A stretch of 61,467 bases of DNA, the filler included, from Basidiobolus ranarum (taxonomy: Eukaryota): NCBI GenBank assembly GCA_040143965.1. It is 14 parts of 14 records of this genome, joined end to end, with 100 filler letters (N's around TTAATTAATTAA, not from the genome) between each part and the next. Parts side by side here need not be neighbours in the genome. Positions count along the whole stretch, not along the records: positions 57,183 to 61,467 come from JASJQH010002031.1; 13 more parts are not named here. The stretch is one strand, 5' to 3'. Shown here piece after piece: positions 59,031 to 61,467 of this stretch (the stretch's first letter is position 1; each line of letters begins with the position of its first letter). The notes under the pieces are model-generated. The model worked only from the letters and a program-made list of their open reading frames with translations. It was not told the DNA's origin and searched no databases. The position numbers were made by a program, and so were the translations under genes.

Positions 59031-60071
59031 TTAGACATCATCCTCAACTGCAGATATCAAGTTTACCTCTTCCTCCTCATCTAACTCTTTCGAGAATTTG
59101 ACAGTGAGTCTTCCCAACCAGGTCACAAATCCGATAGTAGAGGCCAATCCAATTGCCAGAATCAACCATTGCCACCAGGCCTGTCCTTCACCTGAGGTTA
59201 AGTCAGCCCAACTGCGAGCAGAGGCACCAATCATTACATACAAAAGACAGTATGGAATGTTGGATAGGATGGTCATGATCTCGTATTGATAGAACGGGAT
59301 GGTTGTAAAAGAAAGAATATAGGAAGTCAATGAGACAGGGAAAGCAGGACTGATATTTGCAAAAAGAACAAGTTTCCATCCCCCAACACGTTCGTACAAC
59401 CTGCTTAGAACTCGGAGTCTCTTGCCTGCTTTGCCTAAGAAGCTCTGTCCCACTATTAACTCATTATTTGGGATTCGCTGGCTACTTGCAGCTGTGCCTT
59501 CCATCGGATCTTCTTCTATCAACATTTCATCTTCCGAACCGAGTGAGAAAGCTGATAAATTGGATGTTTGACTAGCATACGAAGTATCCGAATTGTGTCT
59601 CTCCATGGATGGCTTAAAGTGAGTTAATCGTACCGAATCTGTATCTGTATCCGTATCTTCCTCTTCGTCCTTTACTTCTCTAGCGTTTTCACTCGTATTA
59701 TCAACGTTGATGATGCGTTTGAGTCCTTGGCAGACTACCCAGATAGATATGGTAGCAAGAGTGAATCCGAAAATATCGATGGCGAATCCTAAAGTAGGTC
59801 CAAAGACAAAGCCAACACCACCACCAACCAAAGATCTCGGCGCGAAGACCATGAGCAGAGGTATATACGCCAAAGCAACCCATAACCAACCCAAAGGGAC
59901 TAGTTGCATCCTATGCAAAAAGGGTTGCAAGTAAGGCGGAACATATATTCCGACGGGAATTAATACCCCCAACAGTGAAACTATCAATAATCCTCTAAAT
60001 AACCACTTGAAGAACTGATTGTGATTATTTATGTAGGTTCGAACAGTTGAATGCTTTCCGATGAATCTCAT
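59031..60071 (-). CDS. VTT/DedA (TVP38/TMEM64-like) membrane protein
   Basis: FAPRSLVGGGVGFVFG...G, KLVLFANISPAFPVSLTSYILSFTTIPF, PYCLLYVMIGAS, and a C-terminal TM helix. Confidence 0.82.
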   Translation of the reverse strand: MRFIGKHSTVRTYINNHNQFFKWLFRGLLIVSLLGVLIPVGIYVPPYLQPFLHRMQLVPLGWLWVALAYIPLLMVFAPRSLVGGGVGFVFGPTLGFAIDIFGFTLATISIWVVCQGLKRIINVDNTSENAREVKDEEEDTDTDTDSVRLTHFKPSMERHNSDTSYASQTSNLSAFSLGSEDEMLIEEDPMEGTAASSQRIPNNELIVGQSFLGKAGKRLRVLSRLYERVGGWKLVLFANISPAFPVSLTSYILSFTTIPFYQYEIMTILSNIPYCLLYVMIGASARSWADLTSGEGQAWWQWLILAIGLASTIGFVTWLGRLTVKFSKELDEEEEVNLISAVEDDV

Positions 60072-61467
60072 GCTTACAATACTCTGCGAATCGACGGAGA
60101 AATTTACACCAAAGTAGAAAGATAAGGATATGACAGTAGGTTGATCAGTTTCGCTAAGGGGCTCTTCTTCCTGTGAGAGTCTGGAGCAACCACGTATGTT
60201 AATTATCCAGATATGAAGTTGAGAACCTGGTAGGTCTTAAAAACAATGTTTTATCGGAGTATTTGTAAAAACTAGTCACAGTGTGGCACTAGAACTCAAG
60301 GAAAATCAATTATGGCGTGTGTAAAGTGGGGATTGTTCAGTTAGGGAACTATTCCAAAGGATAACCCAATCAGTCTCCTGAGTTCATTAAAAGAACTTCT
60401 CAAGGAGGCCCCCAATCCAGATACTGCTGGATCGAGCCAATCACAATTTAGGCTCATACATCCGCAAGTGTAGTGATTGCACATTGCCCGTGGTATGAAG
60501 AAGACATTTCTAAACAAGATACAGAGGCGTGTATCGGTGCTTATGTTGGTAGTGTCGTGCGAGCCTTTCTTCAAGTAGCTTAGGAAGATCGACTGATACG
60601 CGACGTAAATAACAAGATATGAGGCCAAGAACGCAGTGCAACTCTGCGTCTAGATCCAGTTTGTCCTCTTGGTAGCCTTATTTTCCAGATGCATCTAGTA
60701 TGGTCGTTAGTCAGCACAACAGCTTACTATACCAATCAATTTTTTCAAAAGATATTTAATTTTGTATGGATGATATCATTTGGTTGGACTCAGAGCAATG
60801 CAGCAATTATGAATCACATTTGCACCACATAGGTCATCGCCTTAGCCCTATGGCAATTGAAGTAATAGATTGCATTAGAAAAATGGTCTAAATAGGTGAC
60901 TCGCCACACTCAGCGCCAACACAATGCTGGACGTAGAGGGGCTTCACAAGTACTCGCCTGCGTTGCCTGCATGGCTATCGAGAATGTAGAAGGTGGTCAA
61001 CACTTAATATAAGCCAGGTGAAGGCAGCATACAACGGCGACTTGCACAACAACCGACATATTCACCCTTTCAGCCCACCATCAATAATGCTTCCGGGTGA
61101 GTTTCAATAGATTGAAGAAAAAGGAATATATATTACACTTTGATTTATTAGCGAAACTGACTTACACGTACTGGTTAGAAAAGCCTGATTCCTTCAAATC
61201 ATAGGACTGGAAATTTACCCACAATGGCCGATTCCAAAACTGCACCACTTATATTTTGACCTAACCCTACTGGCATTCACACGGAGTTGCTTTCCAGAGA
61301 TCCGCTTGTAGGCAGCATCCACACTATCTCGCACCATCCAGTATCCCACTGCCATGTTATTGTTTATTACTGATTAAGATAGATGATATCGATAGTCGAG
61401 GGAATTGCTATGCTGCTAAATGCCCCTAATGCTGGGCGGGTGCACAAGATTCTGTAAGAAGATCTAC

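Noticed and set aside
60300-61467. Short ORFs upstream of the VTT gene
   Set aside because: I could not build a recognisable motif or a consistent exon chain.

Overview
This is not continuous DNA. It is 14 size-sorted draft contigs (4311 bp falling to 4285 bp) joined by 100-bp artificial linkers (44 N + TTAATTAATTAA + 44 N), so adjacency only has meaning within a contig. The source is a fungus: it has short GT-AG introns, a division-2 chitin synthase, a gap1/sar1-type RasGAP and a U6 snRNA. It is probably an early-diverging lineage (inference). Host genes are Hsp70 (partial), a YhhN/TMEM86 protein, a Crz1-like C2H2 factor (partial), ACR3, ArsC, a TBRG1-like FYR protein, an amino-acid permease (partial), an Stc1-domain protein, chitin synthase, RasGAP (partial), a CBA1-like secreted binding protein, an MFSD1-like transporter, MsrB and a VTT/DedA protein, plus a pirin pseudogene. 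A large part of the window is CpG-depleted transposon debris: Ty1/copia, Ty3/gypsy, CACTA, several LTR families and an unclassified repeated ORF. The best candidate for a new system is a divergent arsenic-detoxification pair, in which an intron-containing ACR3 sits head-to-head with an intronless ArsC carrying the cyanobacterial glutaredoxin-type signature. Other highlights are the CBA1-like protein, a U6 with an extra 3' UUCG hairpin and altered ISL, a half-tRNA-primed copia family that nests into LTRs, and a tRNA 3' half inside a possible intron of the pirin pseudogene. All family assignments come from motif recognition by eye, with no database search.
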